A stretch of DNA of 64,000 bases from Macrostomum lignano (lineage: Eukaryota). Of the stretch, positions 42,701 through 54,590 are shown one piece after another. The stretch is from assembly GCA_002269645.1 (NCBI GenBank), contig NIVC01001920.1, forward strand, positions 1,203 to 65,202, written 5' to 3'. Below the pieces are notes generated by a model that was given only the letters and a program-made list of their open reading frames with translations, was not told where the DNA came from and ran no database searches. The translations under genes were made by a program, and so were the position numbers. Position 1 is the first letter of the stretch. Every line of letters starts with the position of its first letter.

Positions 42701-45700
42701 GGATATTGCATATTGTGATTAGTGGGAGTGGGATAATGGGAGGGGGATAATGGGAGGGGGATAATGGGATAATAAGAGTGGGATATTGGGATAATAGGAG
42801 TGGGATATTGGGATAGTGGGAGTGAGATATTGGGATAGTGGGAGTGGGATAATGGAAGGGGGATAATGGGATAATGGGAGTGGGATAATGGGATAATGGG
42901 AGTGGGATATTGGGATAGTGGGAGTGGGATATTGGGATAATGAGTGGGATATTGGGATAAAAGGAGTGGGATATTGGGATAGTGAGAGTGGGATAATGGG
43001 ATAGTGGGAGGGTGATAATGGGATAATGAGAGTGGGATATTGGGATTGTGAGAGTAGGATACTCGTAATGGGATAGTGGGAGGGGGATAATGGGATAATA
43101 AGAGCGGGATATTGGGATAATGGGAGTGGGATAATGAGAGTGGGATATTGGGATAATAGGAGTAGGAAAATAGAATAATGGCAGTTGAAAATTGGAATTA
43201 TTGAATGGGATAATGGGATAAGGGTGTGTGATAATTTGAGTGGGATTAGGCATGATGGCAGAGCCCGCGTAGATGAAATATTAGGAGTGAGATTTCAGAA
43301 GTGAGATCATGTAATTATTTTGAGTTCAGGAGCGAATGCTGTTATTTTAATAGACCAAAGTATAGTACACTTGTACCTGCAGCTGCCCTCATCCCCATGT
43401 TGAGCAGGGGAGAGGCAAGGGCAGCTCGAGTTTCTCTGCATTTTGCTCTCTGCTCGCCCAGCCGTTCCCCCGGCCAAGGGACAGGTGGAAAAGCTGGCCC
43501 ATTTTCCCACTCTCCCCGCTCCCCGATCCCCAATCGTCCCAACCCCACCCCTTCCTAAGCCAGCAGCCCAAATCCAGCGCCCCGTGTCGTCAGCTAGTCG
43601 TGCGCGTCTCACGAACCTCGCCGTTGTTTCAACTACTCCTAGTTTTTTTATATTCCCTGCGTACTTTTATTTCTAGGAAATACAGACAATAATCTGTCTG
43701 AAAAGCCATCGTTACAGGCAAGGCATCGTCTGTTCTGTCTCCCTTTTTGTCTCAGTTTTTCCTCAGTTGTTGACGTGCCAGAGTTTGCTAATTCTCATTT
43801 TGTTGCGCAGCTAAGAGAGAATCTCCCAGGCGTGAAAAAAGAAGCAGATAAATTCTAGTTTCTTACTTTTCTGATGGCTACTCGTAGTGCCTGCTTCGTT
43901 GCCTCTTCTCCTTCTCCAGCTTCCCAGTGTGCCTCCCTGTGACTCTCCATCTTTCTCTCTTCAGTGTTCGAACCGAACCGGCAGCTTTTTCTAGCCACAA
44001 TCTAATTTCCTTTTCTTCCCTGCTGCCGCTGCCCTCTCCACCGTTCGAATAGAAAATACATTCCTTGCCAGTCTCGTTCTTGTAACTAAGTTGGTCGACT
44101 CTTTAGAAATCATAAAATATTGTTAGTTAATAGAGTTTTACAAAGCTCGATACTTTATGTCAAAGGAAAGTCTCCATGCACTCGAAACGCGGTGCTATTT
44201 TAACATACGCCGCTTTTAGTTCGTTAATATTATTAATCTTGTGAACTTATTGAGCTTGTGAACTTATTAATCTTGTGAACTTATTGAGCTTGTGAACTTA
44301 TTGAGCTTGTGAACTTATTGAGCTTGTGAGCTTCTCGAGCTTGTGAACTTAATGAGCTTGTGAACTTATTGAGCTTGTGAACTTATTGAGCTTGTGAACG
44401 TATTGAGCTTGTGAAATTATTGAGCTTGTGAACTTATTGAGCTTGTGAACCTATCTAGCTTGTGAACTTATTGAGCTTGTGAACTTATTGAGCTTGTGAA
44501 CTTATTGAGCTTGTGAACTTATTGAGCTTGTGAAATTATTGAGCTTGTGAAATTATTGAGCTTGTGAACTTATTGAGCTTGTGAAATTATTGAGCTTGTG
44601 AACTTATTGAGCTTGTGAAATTATTGAGCTTGTGAACTTAATGAGCTTGTGAACTTATTGATCTTGTGAACTTATTGAGCTTGTGAACTTAATGAGCTTG
44701 TGAACTTATTGAGCTTGAGAACTTATTGAGCTTGTGAACTTAATGAGCTTGTGAACTTATTGAGCTTGTGAACTTATTGATCTTGTGAACTTATCTAGCT
44801 TGTGAGCTTCTCGAGCTTGTGGAAAATGACCCTGTATTGAACACTGTCATGCAGAAAAAATGTACTGATTGTGAATGGGGGGTCTTAATGCGAGGACTTT
44901 CTTGTCACTTCGTCGAATCATCACACTGCTGTCACTTTCAAAGTTCGCCAGCAGGGCCTATCGTGTTCGTGACCTTGTAGCTCAACTGTCAGCAATTCGA
45001 TCGCACCTGCATGGCTAATCATTGCTACATGCATGTTGCGGCGCTTTCGTGACAATGCAGCCGCGCCCACTCTCAAAGTCTAAGCAAGTCAGCGTGTGTC
45101 CGCGCCATCTCGCGACTCTCTTCTGCTACCAATACACCCTGCGTGAGCGGAAGCAGCCCGGGTTCGATTCCGCTGTACAGTGTACACCCTGCGTGAGCGG
45201 AATCAGCCCGGGTTCGATTCCGCTGTACAGTGTACACCCTGTGTGAGCAGAATCAGCCCGGGTTCGATTCCGATGTACAGTGTACACCCTGCGTGAGCGG
45301 AATCAGCCCGGGTTCGATTCCGATGTACAGTGTACACCCTGTGTGAGCAGAATCAGCCCGGGTTCGATTCCGATGTACAGTGTACACCCTGCGTGAGCGG
45401 AATCAGCCCGGGTTCGATTCCGCTGTACAGCAATGGCTGCTGCATGACTGTCACGCTTTGATTAACGGCAGCCCTACAAAGCTGCGTCTTCCCCGCGGAC
45501 TCGGAGCCACTGCGAATGCAGGCATTACCGATAATTCCAACCAGGGCGTGCCAGTCGCACTGCCAGGCGCGCACGGGGCGGAGCTGAACTGGGTGGATGG
45601 GCAGTAGAGCAGAAAATCGATTGTCAATAAGACTTTTTAGCCTCTTTTTTTAACAAAAAAGACGAATCGAGAGACAGAGAGACGCGCCCAGTCATTTTCT

Positions 45701-48700
45701 TTATTAACTCCTTCATTATTTGCTACCCTTGCTGCGCTTTCTTATTCTTAGCCGTCTAATTCTCTTCTCTGTTTTTCATTCTGCCATTCAAACTGCACTT
45801 TTGCCGGTTTTATTATTCAGTTCCGAGCGAGCAGCAGGCGCGTCCGGGATATTCGTGCCCCGCTTCTCAGTTCTTCATTTTCTCTATCCCGCGCCTCTCC
45901 TGGCTGGCTTCATTTAGTCTTTTTCTCTCTCTGGCTTTTTGTCTTAGAACACCCCTTCCTCCCTCCGTCTGTAGCTTTCTTCAGTCTGAGCTCTCTCTTT
46001 TCAGATTCTCATCTTCTATAAGGCTGAAAACTGACAGACCACCCCCCCGCGGATTAAGGCCGCGAGACTACTTTCTTCTAGTAGGGCTCCGCCTTTTGCC
46101 ATTTTGCCCTTCGCTTTTCATTCAAGTCCTTCTTACTGAAGCAATTCGCTTAAACTCCCCCCCCTACTTCTAGTCAGCTAAGCGTCTTGAGTCTGTGTAG
46201 TCACTTGGTTCATTCTCACACTAGAGTTTTTGGAGGGCTCTCTAAAAAGTCATCAATTGTATTGCAACATTAGTAGGTTGAGGTAATTCTAAGAGAAATA
46301 TTACTGCCCAAGCTTGGAAATTATCAATAATAGTAAATAAAAATCACTCACAAAATTAGACGCTCTCAGTTTCTTATCAGCTCGCCAATCGATTTCTTTA
46401 CTCTATGCACGTGAATCATCTCACTCAACCCGGGTCAGCAATGAGGCAACCACCTCCCTCCGAGGGAGGGTTAGAATTGAGGCAACCATCCCACTCCGTG
46501 TTAGGGTTAGAAATGAGGCAACCACCCCACTCCGTGTTAGGGTTAGAAATGAGGCAACCACCCCACTCCGTGTTAGGGTTAGAAATGAGGCAACCACCTC
46601 ACTCCGTGTTAGGGTTAGAAATGAGGCAACCACCTCACTCCGTGTTAGGGTTAGAAATGAGGCAACCACCCCACTCCGTGTTAGGGTTAGAAATGAGGCA
46701 ACCACCCCACTCCGTGTTAGGGTTAGAAATGAGGCAACCACCCACTCCGTGTTAGGGTTAGAAATGAGGCAACCACCCCACTCCGTGTTAGGGTTAGAAA
46801 TGAGGCAACCACCCCACTCCGTGTTAGGGTTAGAAATGAGGCAGCCACCCCACTCCGTGTTAGGGTTAGAAATGAGGCAACCACCTCACTCCGTGTTAGG
46901 GTTAGAAATGAGGCAGCCACCTCACTCCGTGTTAGGGTTAGAAATGAGGCAGCCACCTCACTCCGTGGGGGTAGACCCGGATTTAGTAGCTAATTTCACT
47001 GACAAACAATATCACCTGCTTCACTTCAGAAGTTTACTAATTGCATAAGTTTATGTTTTAAAACATCCAATTAATATTTCACCCGTGCATTTACGTAATC
47101 TTTCATCCGCAGAGAACAAATGGGACTCAATCGACGTAATCTACTACGAGTACGGCGCCATGGTGTTGGTCTATAAGAACCCGCGCCGCCTGCAGCAGGC
47201 CTACAATAGCTTGCGCGATCAATGGTTCGACGATAAGCCAATGTTGGTGCTGCTGCTGCCCCAGCTTCACCCGGAGATGATACCGGACGGCACCACCCCA
47301 GTGCTGGTGCTGGTTAACGTGAAGAGCGGCGGCTGTCAGGGCATCGAGCTCATCACAGCGTTTCGCAAGCTGCTTAATCCGCACCAGGTGTTCAATTTGG
47401 ACTACGGCGGTCCCCTGCCAGGCCTCTACGTGTTCCGACAGGTGTCTTATTATAAAATCCTGGTGTGCGGCGGCGACGGCACGGTTGGCTGGGCCCTCAG
47501 CTGCCTGGACAACGTCGGCCCGGATGCCAAGTGCAACTATCCGCCTATGGCCATCGTGCCTCTGGGCACCGGCAACGATCTGTCCCGGGTGCTGCGCTGG
47601 GGCTCCGGCTACTCCGGCCAGGAGTATCCGCTAAACATACTCAGGGACGTGGCCGAAGCGGAGGTCGTGACGCTGGACAGGTGAGATAAATGGCCGGCCA
47701 ATGCGTCATTCTTTGCAGCATTCATTTCGGAAGTTTGACTTGTCAGCGGATGTTAGACTGGGTTGAAGGAAATTTCGTCCGTGATGTCTTTTTTCTATAT
47801 ACTAATTGTGAGATGTCTCTGTCTGTCTGTGTGATGGATTTTTTTAAAAACAGCTCAACCGATTTTCACCAAATTTGCACCATTCTATCACAAATTGTCA
47901 GCAATCGGTATGGTTAAAATTATTAGTGTCTATGCCATTTCTAAGTACAGTTAAATAAAAAAAACTGTATTTTTACTATCTAAATATGTATGTTTCTGGC
48001 AGTCAGGGCTCAATACGAGTATGTCTATGGCCATAGACTAAACTTCAATTCAATTTCTTGAGCTGATGCTACGAGCTATAAATAATTAAATACGAGTGCA
48101 CTTTAAAAGTATTAAATTATTGCGCCACTATGTATATAGTATATGCAAGGGAGAGAAAAATGCTCAGTGGCTGCATGCTGTTGGGGGGTGCTTGCTACGT
48201 CTGTTGGATGCTTGCTACGTCTGTTGGATGCTTGCTACGTCTGTTGGATGCTTGCTACGTCTGTTGGATGCTTGCTACGTCTGTTGGATGCTTGCTACGT
48301 CTGTTGGATGCTTGCTACGTCTGTTGGATGCTTGCTACGTCTGTTGGATGCTTGCTACGTCTGTTGGATGCTTGCTACGTCTGTTGGATGCTTGCTACGT
48401 CTGTTGGATGCTTGCTACGTCTGTTGGATGCTTGCTACGTCTGTTGGATGCTTGCTACGTCTGTTGGATGCTTGCTACGTCTGTTGGATGCTTGCTACGT
48501 CTGTTGGATGCTTGCTACGTCTGTTGGATGCTTGCTACGTCTGTTGGATGCTTGCTACGTCTGTTGGATGCTTGCTACGTCTGTTGGATGCTTGCTACGT
48601 CTGTTGGATGCTTGCTACGTCTGTTGGATGCTTGCTACGTCTGTTGGATGCTTGCTACGTCTGTTGGATGCTTGCTGTCTGGGGGATGCTTGCTGTCTGG

Positions 48701-51700
48701 GGGATGCTTGCTGTCTGGGGGATTGCTTGCTACATTAAATCAGTATTAAAATTATTAAATTCTTTCTTTGCTCCCCAATGGGGGGCGTAGATTGCTAGTA
48801 GAGACTATTGATTGACTGAGATGTCTATGGTGTAAGCTTTTATGCTATCGTTCAGTGCGCGGCGTTGCTTTCATTTCAATTAAATATATGTATAATACAA
48901 TCGAGCGCCTCTTAAGCGCATCTAAAGCCAACTCGGCCTTCGCTAACAGTCCGAATGTGTCAGAAAGTGTCCGAAAATGTCCGAGGGTGTCCGAAAGTGT
49001 CCGAAAGTGTCTGAAAGTGTCCAAAAGTGGACGAAGAGATTATCTAGACGATCGGAATCATTAAGAATCTTTGCTTTCCTTAAATAGTTTGTTTATATCG
49101 AATTGACTGTGTCTACATTCATTTTAAACAACTTGCAATATTTTCGGGGCCAAAAATATCATAGGACCCATTTGACTGGGCTGAATGGGTCTTGTCTACG
49201 TTGCTCAGGGGTTCAGCGAAATCGGGCACGATAGATGAGATGCATTCAGGAGCGTAGCGGAAGAACTCGAAAAGCCGCCTTGCTGGGTGGTTAATCCCTC
49301 TTCTCTGTATTTTTTAGTCCACTAAAAACAGTCGCAAGCTGTTATTTCAGTTTCGCGTATTCAATATAGTACGCGTATGCACTACTATGACGGGGCCAGG
49401 GTTCGGTTTTCTCTTCCTCACGGTGGGGGGGGGGCGGCCGAAGGACAGCTCGTGAGCCGTGAGAGGCAGGGTTTTAGTTCGTGAGAGGAGTGTTTTAGGG
49501 CGGTGAGAGGCAGGCGGTGACAGCGGGGCAGCGGGGGCGGTGGCAGCAGCGGCGGAAGGTGGAGGGGGGAGGGGATCTCGGGCTATGCTCCGTCTCCCGT
49601 GCGTGTGTCTGTGCGCTTGTGTGGCTGCTCCTCCAACTGCTCTAACCTATTTACATGTATGCATATTTATGTATGTGTATGTGTTTGATTTTTTGGTTCT
49701 CTATACTGGCTTTATGTCTGCGCGTATCTTGCCTGGGCGGTGTACTTCTACTGTAGAAATTTCTTGTGCAGCCGCTTCTCATAGGATTTTAAAAGCCTTT
49801 CGCCTTTGCGTAAGATCTATCTTATTACATTACAACTGAGGATACTAAATTAAATACTAAAGTCTCTATAGATTTCTAAAATTTGATAGTTGATGAAAGT
49901 CTATGAGAAGTCACTGAGAGGTACTAACCGCGGCCGATTGAGCTCAACTTGCGCAGCCTTGGCGGTAAATGCAATTGCTTGTTGGGCCGATCGGAAACCT
50001 TCTGTGTGCTGTGCGCTTGCGTGTGAAGATTAATTAATTGTCCTCCTCTGTCTAATTAGAGATTACTAATATAGTGCTTAGTTAGCTAAAAGTTCTGCCT
50101 GTGCAGTTCTAAAAATAGACACCGCTTGTACAGAAATCTGGACTAGGTTTATATTCCTCCGCCAATTATCACCGCAGATGGACGGTGATCTTCCACCCGG
50201 AGGAGAAGGAGAAGGACGAGACCAAAGTGCAGCTGCAATACGAAAGCAACGCCGCCAACACAAACGAGGACAATGCTAGCATATTCGTTATGAATAATTA
50301 CTTCGGCATCGGTGAGCTGCGGGGGCGTCCGGAATTGGTTCACTCCCTATGAGTGAGGATTAGGAGGGCAGTTCACTCCCTATAAGTAAGGATTAGGAGG
50401 GCAGTTCACTCCCTATAAGTGAGGATTAGGAGGGCAGTTCACTCCCTATGAGTGAGGATTAGGAGGGCAGTTCACTCCCTATAAGTGAGGATTAGGAGGG
50501 CAGTTCACTCCCTATGAGTGAGGATTAGGAGGGCAGTGCACTCCCTATAAGTGAGGATTAGGAGGGCAGTTCACTCCCTATGAGTGAGGATTAGGAGGGC
50601 AGTTCACTCCCTATGAGTGAGGATTAGGAGGGCAGTTCACTCCCTATGAGTGAGGATTAGGAGGGCAGTTCACTCCCTATAAGTAAGGATTAGGAGGGCA
50701 GTTCACTCCCTATGAGTGAGGATTATGAGGGCAGTTCACTCCCTATGAGTGAGGATTAGGAGACCAGTTCACTCTCTATGGTTGAGGATTAGGAGGGCAG
50801 TTCACTCCCTATGGTTAGAGGATTAGGAGGGCAGTTCACTCCCTATGGTTAGAGGATTAGGAGGGCACTTCACTCCCTATGGTTAGAGGATTAGGAGGGC
50901 AGTTCACTCCCTATGGTTAGAGGATTAGGAGGGCAGTTCACTCCCTATGGTTGAGGATTAAAGGGCAGTTCACTCCCTATGGTTGAGGATTAGAAGGGCA
51001 GTTCACTCCCTATGGTTAGAGGATTAGGAGGGAAGTTCACTCCCTACGATAAAATACGAGGATAATCTCGAGCTCTCTGATCAAAGCAGAAAAGTTCTGA
51101 TGTCCGTGAATAGCTGGCACAATTAAAGCATTTGAGTAAAGAACCTAGATTTTTTATTTATCCTAGGTCTGGACGCCGACGTCTCCCTGGACTTCCACCT
51201 GGCCCGCAACGAGAATCCTTCAAAGTTCAACTCCCGTTTCCATAACAAGGGCGTGTACTTTAAGATGAGCGTTAGAAAAATGATGAGCAAAGGCAGCTGC
51301 AAGGATTTGCACAGGCAGATTATCGTTGAGGTTGACGGCAAAGTCATCGACTTGCCGCCGCTAGAAGGGATTATTATCCTCAACATTCTGTCCTGGGCCA
51401 GCGGGGCGAATCCGTGGGGCACCGAGAAGGACGACAATTTCAACCGGCCGAACCACTGGGACGGCCAGCTTGAAGTGGTCGGCGTCACCGGCATGGTGCA
51501 CATGGGACAGGTTGGTTGCAGCTGTGTCTGAGAGTGAAGTGACTGTCTGTCCCTCTGTCCCACTGTGCGTGCGGAGTGGGGTGGCTGTCTGTCCCTCTGC
51601 CCCACTTTGCGTGCGGAGTGGGGTGGCTGTCTGTCCCTCTGCCCCACTGTGCATGCGGGAATTGGGATGGCTGTCTGTCCCTCTGGCTCACTTTGCGTGT

Positions 51701-52332
51701 GGGAGTGAGGTTGCTTTCTGTCCATTTTCATCATTTTAAAATTTTTCAAGCAACAATTATCTACTTGTCAAAACGCGAAATTTTCAGATCTTCAGCGGTT
51801 TAAGATCTGGCAATCGTATAGCTCAGGGAGGTCACATTAAGATCACTCTGAAAGGTGACATTCCAGTGCAGGTAAGCAAAGACTTTTTTCGGAGTATTTC
51901 TATCTCTCAGTATTCTTGTTATTCTCAAAGTAGAGTCGAGGTAAGGTTCATCGTTTGAGGAAAGCCAGGAAAACGAAAGCAAAAATGAACATTCGCATTT
52001 TTTCTTTAATAATACCAAATTACAGTTTATTAATCTTCGCGCAACATGTTCGTTTTTGCTTTCGTTTTCCTGGCTTACCTCTTGTTATTCTTATTATTTA
52101 GAAGTGACATAAAAGATCATTGATAAATTTTCAGATCGACGGAGAACCATGGGTCCAATCGAGCGGACAAGTTGTTGTTTTGCGCAGCGCACTTCGTGCT
52201 TCTATGTTGAAAAAGTGCAAAGGAAAGTCAAAAGGACGCGGGGCCTTGGCGGAGCCGTCCTTCTATAACCTGGAGCCCAGCCAGTGCCCGACTCCTCCTC
52301 CAGATGAGGGCGCCACTGGTGGCTCTGACTAG
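30796..52332 (+). CDS. DGKQ: Diacylglycerol kinase theta, 992 aa, 10 exons
   Basis: Exons 30796-31276, 32528-32616, 32814-33084, 38774-39245, 41764-42101, 47113-47680, 50178-50311, 51167-51510, 51788-51871 and 52135-52332 total 2979 nt, in frame. Three C1 domains (HSFIKRTFHRPTYCHHC; HCWSEPAHFKRKFCNVC; HHWREGNLPGNSKCAVC), a Ras-association region (VTKETTAQETI), an RRM-like segment (LYVGNL), the catalytic domain (VNVKSGGCQG, VCGGDGTVGW, PLGTGNDLSRVLRWG) and the accessory domain (MNNYFGIGLDAD, DGQLEVVG, QIDGEPW). Three C1 domains plus RA is the theta-type architecture. Confidence 0.95.
31335..32462. repeat. 29-bp minisatellite CAGTGGGTGTCCTCTGCCCTTCAATCCTT, split by the MITE
   Basis: About 5 degenerate copies left of the MITE and about 14 homogeneous copies right of it. 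Confidence 0.93.
31497..32050. mobile_element. MITE (non-autonomous DNA transposon), 554 bp, with 14-bp TIRs and 8-bp TSD
   Basis: Left end CACGGACTACTTAA (31497-31510) and right end TTAAGTAGTCCGTG (32037-32050) are perfect inverted repeats. CGGGTGTC is duplicated at 31489-31496 and 32051-32058. The element splits a 29-bp minisatellite. Confidence 0.85.
33117..34050. repeat. 40-41 bp minisatellite CATTCTCCCCAGAGTCTTTCCCATTATCCCCAGTATCTTCC
   Basis: About 23 copies, starting about 30 bp after the DGKQ exon 3 donor. Confidence 0.95.
34305..34705. repeat. 21-bp minisatellite GGCGCCTCTGAGACTCATTTT
   Basis: About 18 copies. Confidence 0.95.
35310..35968. repeat. 21-bp minisatellite GATTCACCTGGATTAGCAAGT
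   Basis: About 31 nearly identical copies. Confidence 0.95.
36472..38560. repeat. 20-27 bp compound minisatellite GCAGTGRCAGATTTGAG(T)AAGA(GA)n
   Basis: About 85 copies arranged in variant blocks. Confidence 0.95.
39270..40500. repeat. 14-15 bp minisatellite GAATCCCTGATCCTT
   Basis: About 80 copies, starting about 25 bp after the donor at 39246. Confidence 0.95.
40960..41660. repeat. 32-bp minisatellite CCCTAAGGACACCAAAAATAGTGTGACGRGCT
   Basis: About 20 copies with a duplicated higher-order block. Confidence 0.93.
42110..43170. repeat. About 22-bp minisatellite GGGAGTGGGATATTGGGATAAT
   Basis: About 48 copies, starting about 8 bp after the donor at 42102. Confidence 0.95.
44235..44820. repeat. 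17-bp minisatellite GAGCTTGTGAACTTATT
   Basis: About 34 copies. Confidence 0.95.
45131..45430. repeat. 50-bp hairpin minisatellite, 6 copies
   Basis: Unit TGTACACCCTGYGTGAGCRGAATCAGCCCGGGTTCGATTCCGMTGTACAG, exactly 50 bp apart. Confidence 0.95.
46440..46967. repeat. 36-bp minisatellite GAAATGAGGCARCCACCYCACTCCGTGTTAGGGTTA
   Basis: About 14 copies, each with a GTTAGGGTTAG telomere-like motif. Confidence 0.95.
47794..48798 (+). mobile_element. Non-autonomous Helitron, about 1.0 kb, carrying a 20-bp minisatellite, in DGKQ intron 6
   Basis: Starts TCTATATACTAATTGTGAGATGTCTCTGTCTGTCTG...CAACCGATTTTCACCAAATTTG; ends GCTCCCC-AAT-GGGGGGCGTAGATTGCTAG|T. The last ~36 nt match the 19640-19675 end with 2 differences. 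The preceding base is T rather than the canonical A. Confidence 0.7.
48190..48730. repeat. 20-bp minisatellite CTGTTGGATGCTTGCTACGT inside the Helitron
   Basis: About 24 perfect copies followed by 16-bp derivatives. Confidence 0.95.
48950..49030. repeat. 10-bp short array GTCCGAAAGT
   Basis: About 7 degenerate copies. Confidence 0.75.
50337..51050. repeat. 33-bp minisatellite GTTCACTCCCTATRAGTGAGGATTAGGAGGGCA
   Basis: About 21 copies, starting 25 bp after the donor at 50312, with a variant switch near 50780. Confidence 0.95.
51540..51722. repeat. 42-bp short array CTGTCTGTCCCTCTGCCCCACTKTGCGTGCGGAGTGGGGTGG
   Basis: About 4 copies in DGKQ intron 8. Confidence 0.85.
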
Positions 52333-52427
52333 AAACTTTAAAATACTTATGTACACAAACGATTTCTAAATTTTCTAAACTTTCTGGTTCGATTTAAGTC
52401 TTTTTCATGGAAAGTTGAGTGTGTGTT

Positions 52428-52678
52428 TTACTATCCTCTCTGCCCCGAAAGGAGTCGGGTGGGTGGGTGTGTGTGTGTTTTTGACTATCCTCTCTGCCCC
52501 GCGCGGAGTGGGGTTGGTGTCTTTGGCTATCCTCTCTGCCCCGCGCGGAGTGGGGTGTGTGTTTGACTATCTTCTCTGTCCCGCAAAGAGTGGGTGTGTG
52601 GGTGGGTGTTTTTCCATACTCTCTGCCCCGCGCGGAGTGGGGTGGGTGTGTTTGACTATCCTATTTGTCCCGCGCTGT
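52428..52678. repeat. About 50-bp degenerate array ACTATCCTCTCTGCCCCGCGCGGAGTGGGG
   Basis: About 5-6 copies starting 100 bp after the DGKQ stop, possibly in the 3' UTR. Confidence 0.8.
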
Positions 52679-53236
52679 TTTTGCAATGCACAAGCATCCA
52701 ACTTCTCTGCAATTGAGTGCCTGAACACTCGAGACACAGTGTATATTTTTTATATTTCACTATTTTCTGACATTAGTTAAAACTTGTGATTTATTCCTTT
52801 TGGTCGGCTTCTAGATTCTGCAAAAGATGAATAGGTCACTGACTCACTATATCTACAATTTATTCTTGTCCAAAGTCAAAGTGCGCATTAATTTCAAGAA
52901 TTAGCGTTTATCTAGATTTTGCTACAAAGATTTGTACATCTCGTATAACTAATTCAATTGTGATAAAGGCGTCTTGAATTTCCTATATTTATCGCGCACT
53001 AAAAATCCGAGGCTGCCTCGGCTGACTGACGAGTTCGCGTAATTTTATGCTACTTTTACAATACTGCTTAGGCAAACTAACTAGATTTAAATTGATTCAC
53101 GCATTCGTAATCAGCTGGTAGCCTGGTAGCCTGTGTCTGACACGCAGCATATTTGTCCCACTTTAGTTATAACTGTGCAAATTCTCTTAGCAATATGGGA
53201 CTGAAGGAAAGCGGATAAATAAACACTTTTTCGAAT

Positions 53237-54590
53237 GCAGTACCGCAACTGACACACAGCAGTCCCAGCTACCTTCCCAGCTGCAGTACCGCAACTGACA
53301 CACAGCAGTCCCAGCTACCTTCCCAGCTGCAGTACCGCAAATGACACACAGCAGTCCCAGCTACCTTCCCAGCTGCAGTACCGCAAATGACACACAGCAG
53401 TCCCAGCTACCTTCCCAGCTGCAGTACCGCAAATGACACACAGCAGTCCCAGCTACCTTCCCAGCTGCAGTACCGCAAATGACACACAGCAGTCCCAGCT
53501 ACCTTCCCAGCTGCAGTACCGCAAATGACACACAGCAGTCCCAGCTACCTTCCCAGCTGCAGTACCGCAAATGACACACAGCAGTCCCAGCTACCTTCCC
53601 AGCTGCAGTACCGCAAATGACACACAGCAGTCCCAGCTACCTTCCCAGCTGCAGTACCGCAAATGACACACAGCAGTCCCAGCTACCTTCCCAGCTGCAG
53701 TACCGCAAATGACACACAGCAGTCCCAGCTACCCTCCCAGCTGCAGGACCGCAAATGACACACAGCAGTCCCAGCTACCTTCCCAGCTGCAGTACCGCAA
53801 ATGACACACAGCAGTCCCAGCTACCTTCCCAGCTGCAGTACCGCAAATGACACACAGCAGTCCCAGCTACCTTACCAGCTGCAGTACCGCAAATGACACA
53901 CAGCAGTCCCAGCTACCTTCCCAGCTGCAGTACCGCAAATGACACACAGCAGTCCCAGCTACCTTCCCAGCTGCAGTACCGCAACTGACACACAGCAGTC
54001 CCAGCTACCTTCCCAGCTGCAGTACCGCAAATGACACACAGCAGTCCCAGCTACCTTCCCAGCTGCAGTACCGCAAATGACACACAGCAGTCCCAGCTAC
54101 CTTACCAGCTGCAGTACCGCAAATGACACACAGCAGTCCCAGCTACCTTCCCAGCTGCAGTACCGCAAATGACACACAGCAGTCCCAGCTACCCTCCCAG
54201 CTGCAGTACCGCAACTGACACACAGCAGTCCCAGCTACCTTCCCAGCTGCAGTACCGCAAATGACACACAGCAGTCCCAGCTACCTTCCCAGCTGCAGTA
54301 CCGCAAATGACACACAGCAGTCCCAGCTACCTTCCCAGCTGCAGTACCGCAAATGACACACAGCAGTCCCAGCTACCTTCCCAGCTGCAGTACCGCAAAT
54401 GACACACAGCAGTCCCAGCTACCTTCCCAGCTGCAGTACCGCAAATGACACACAGCAGTCCCAGCTGCCTTCCCAGCTGCAGTACCGCAAATGACACACA
54501 GCAGTCCCAGCTACCTTCCCAGCTGCAGTACCGCAAATGACACACAGCAGTCCCAGCTACCTTCCCAGCTGCAGTACCGCAAATGACACG
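53237..54590. repeat. 46-bp minisatellite GCAGTACCGCAAATGACACACAGCAGTCCCAGCTACCTTCCCAGCT
   Basis: About 29 near-identical copies. Confidence 0.97.

Noticed and set aside
48799-49868. Possible MITE with TAGAGACT...AGTCTCTA ends and a 3-bp TAG duplication abutting the Helitron end
   Set aside because: Only 8 bp of inverted match, and the putative TSD overlaps the Helitron CTAG. Too weak without other copies.
52998-53022. Perfect hairpin CCGAGG-CTG-CCTCGG downstream of DGKQ
   Set aside because: An isolated 6-bp stem with no CTRR, T tract or second copy; expected by chance in 64 kb.
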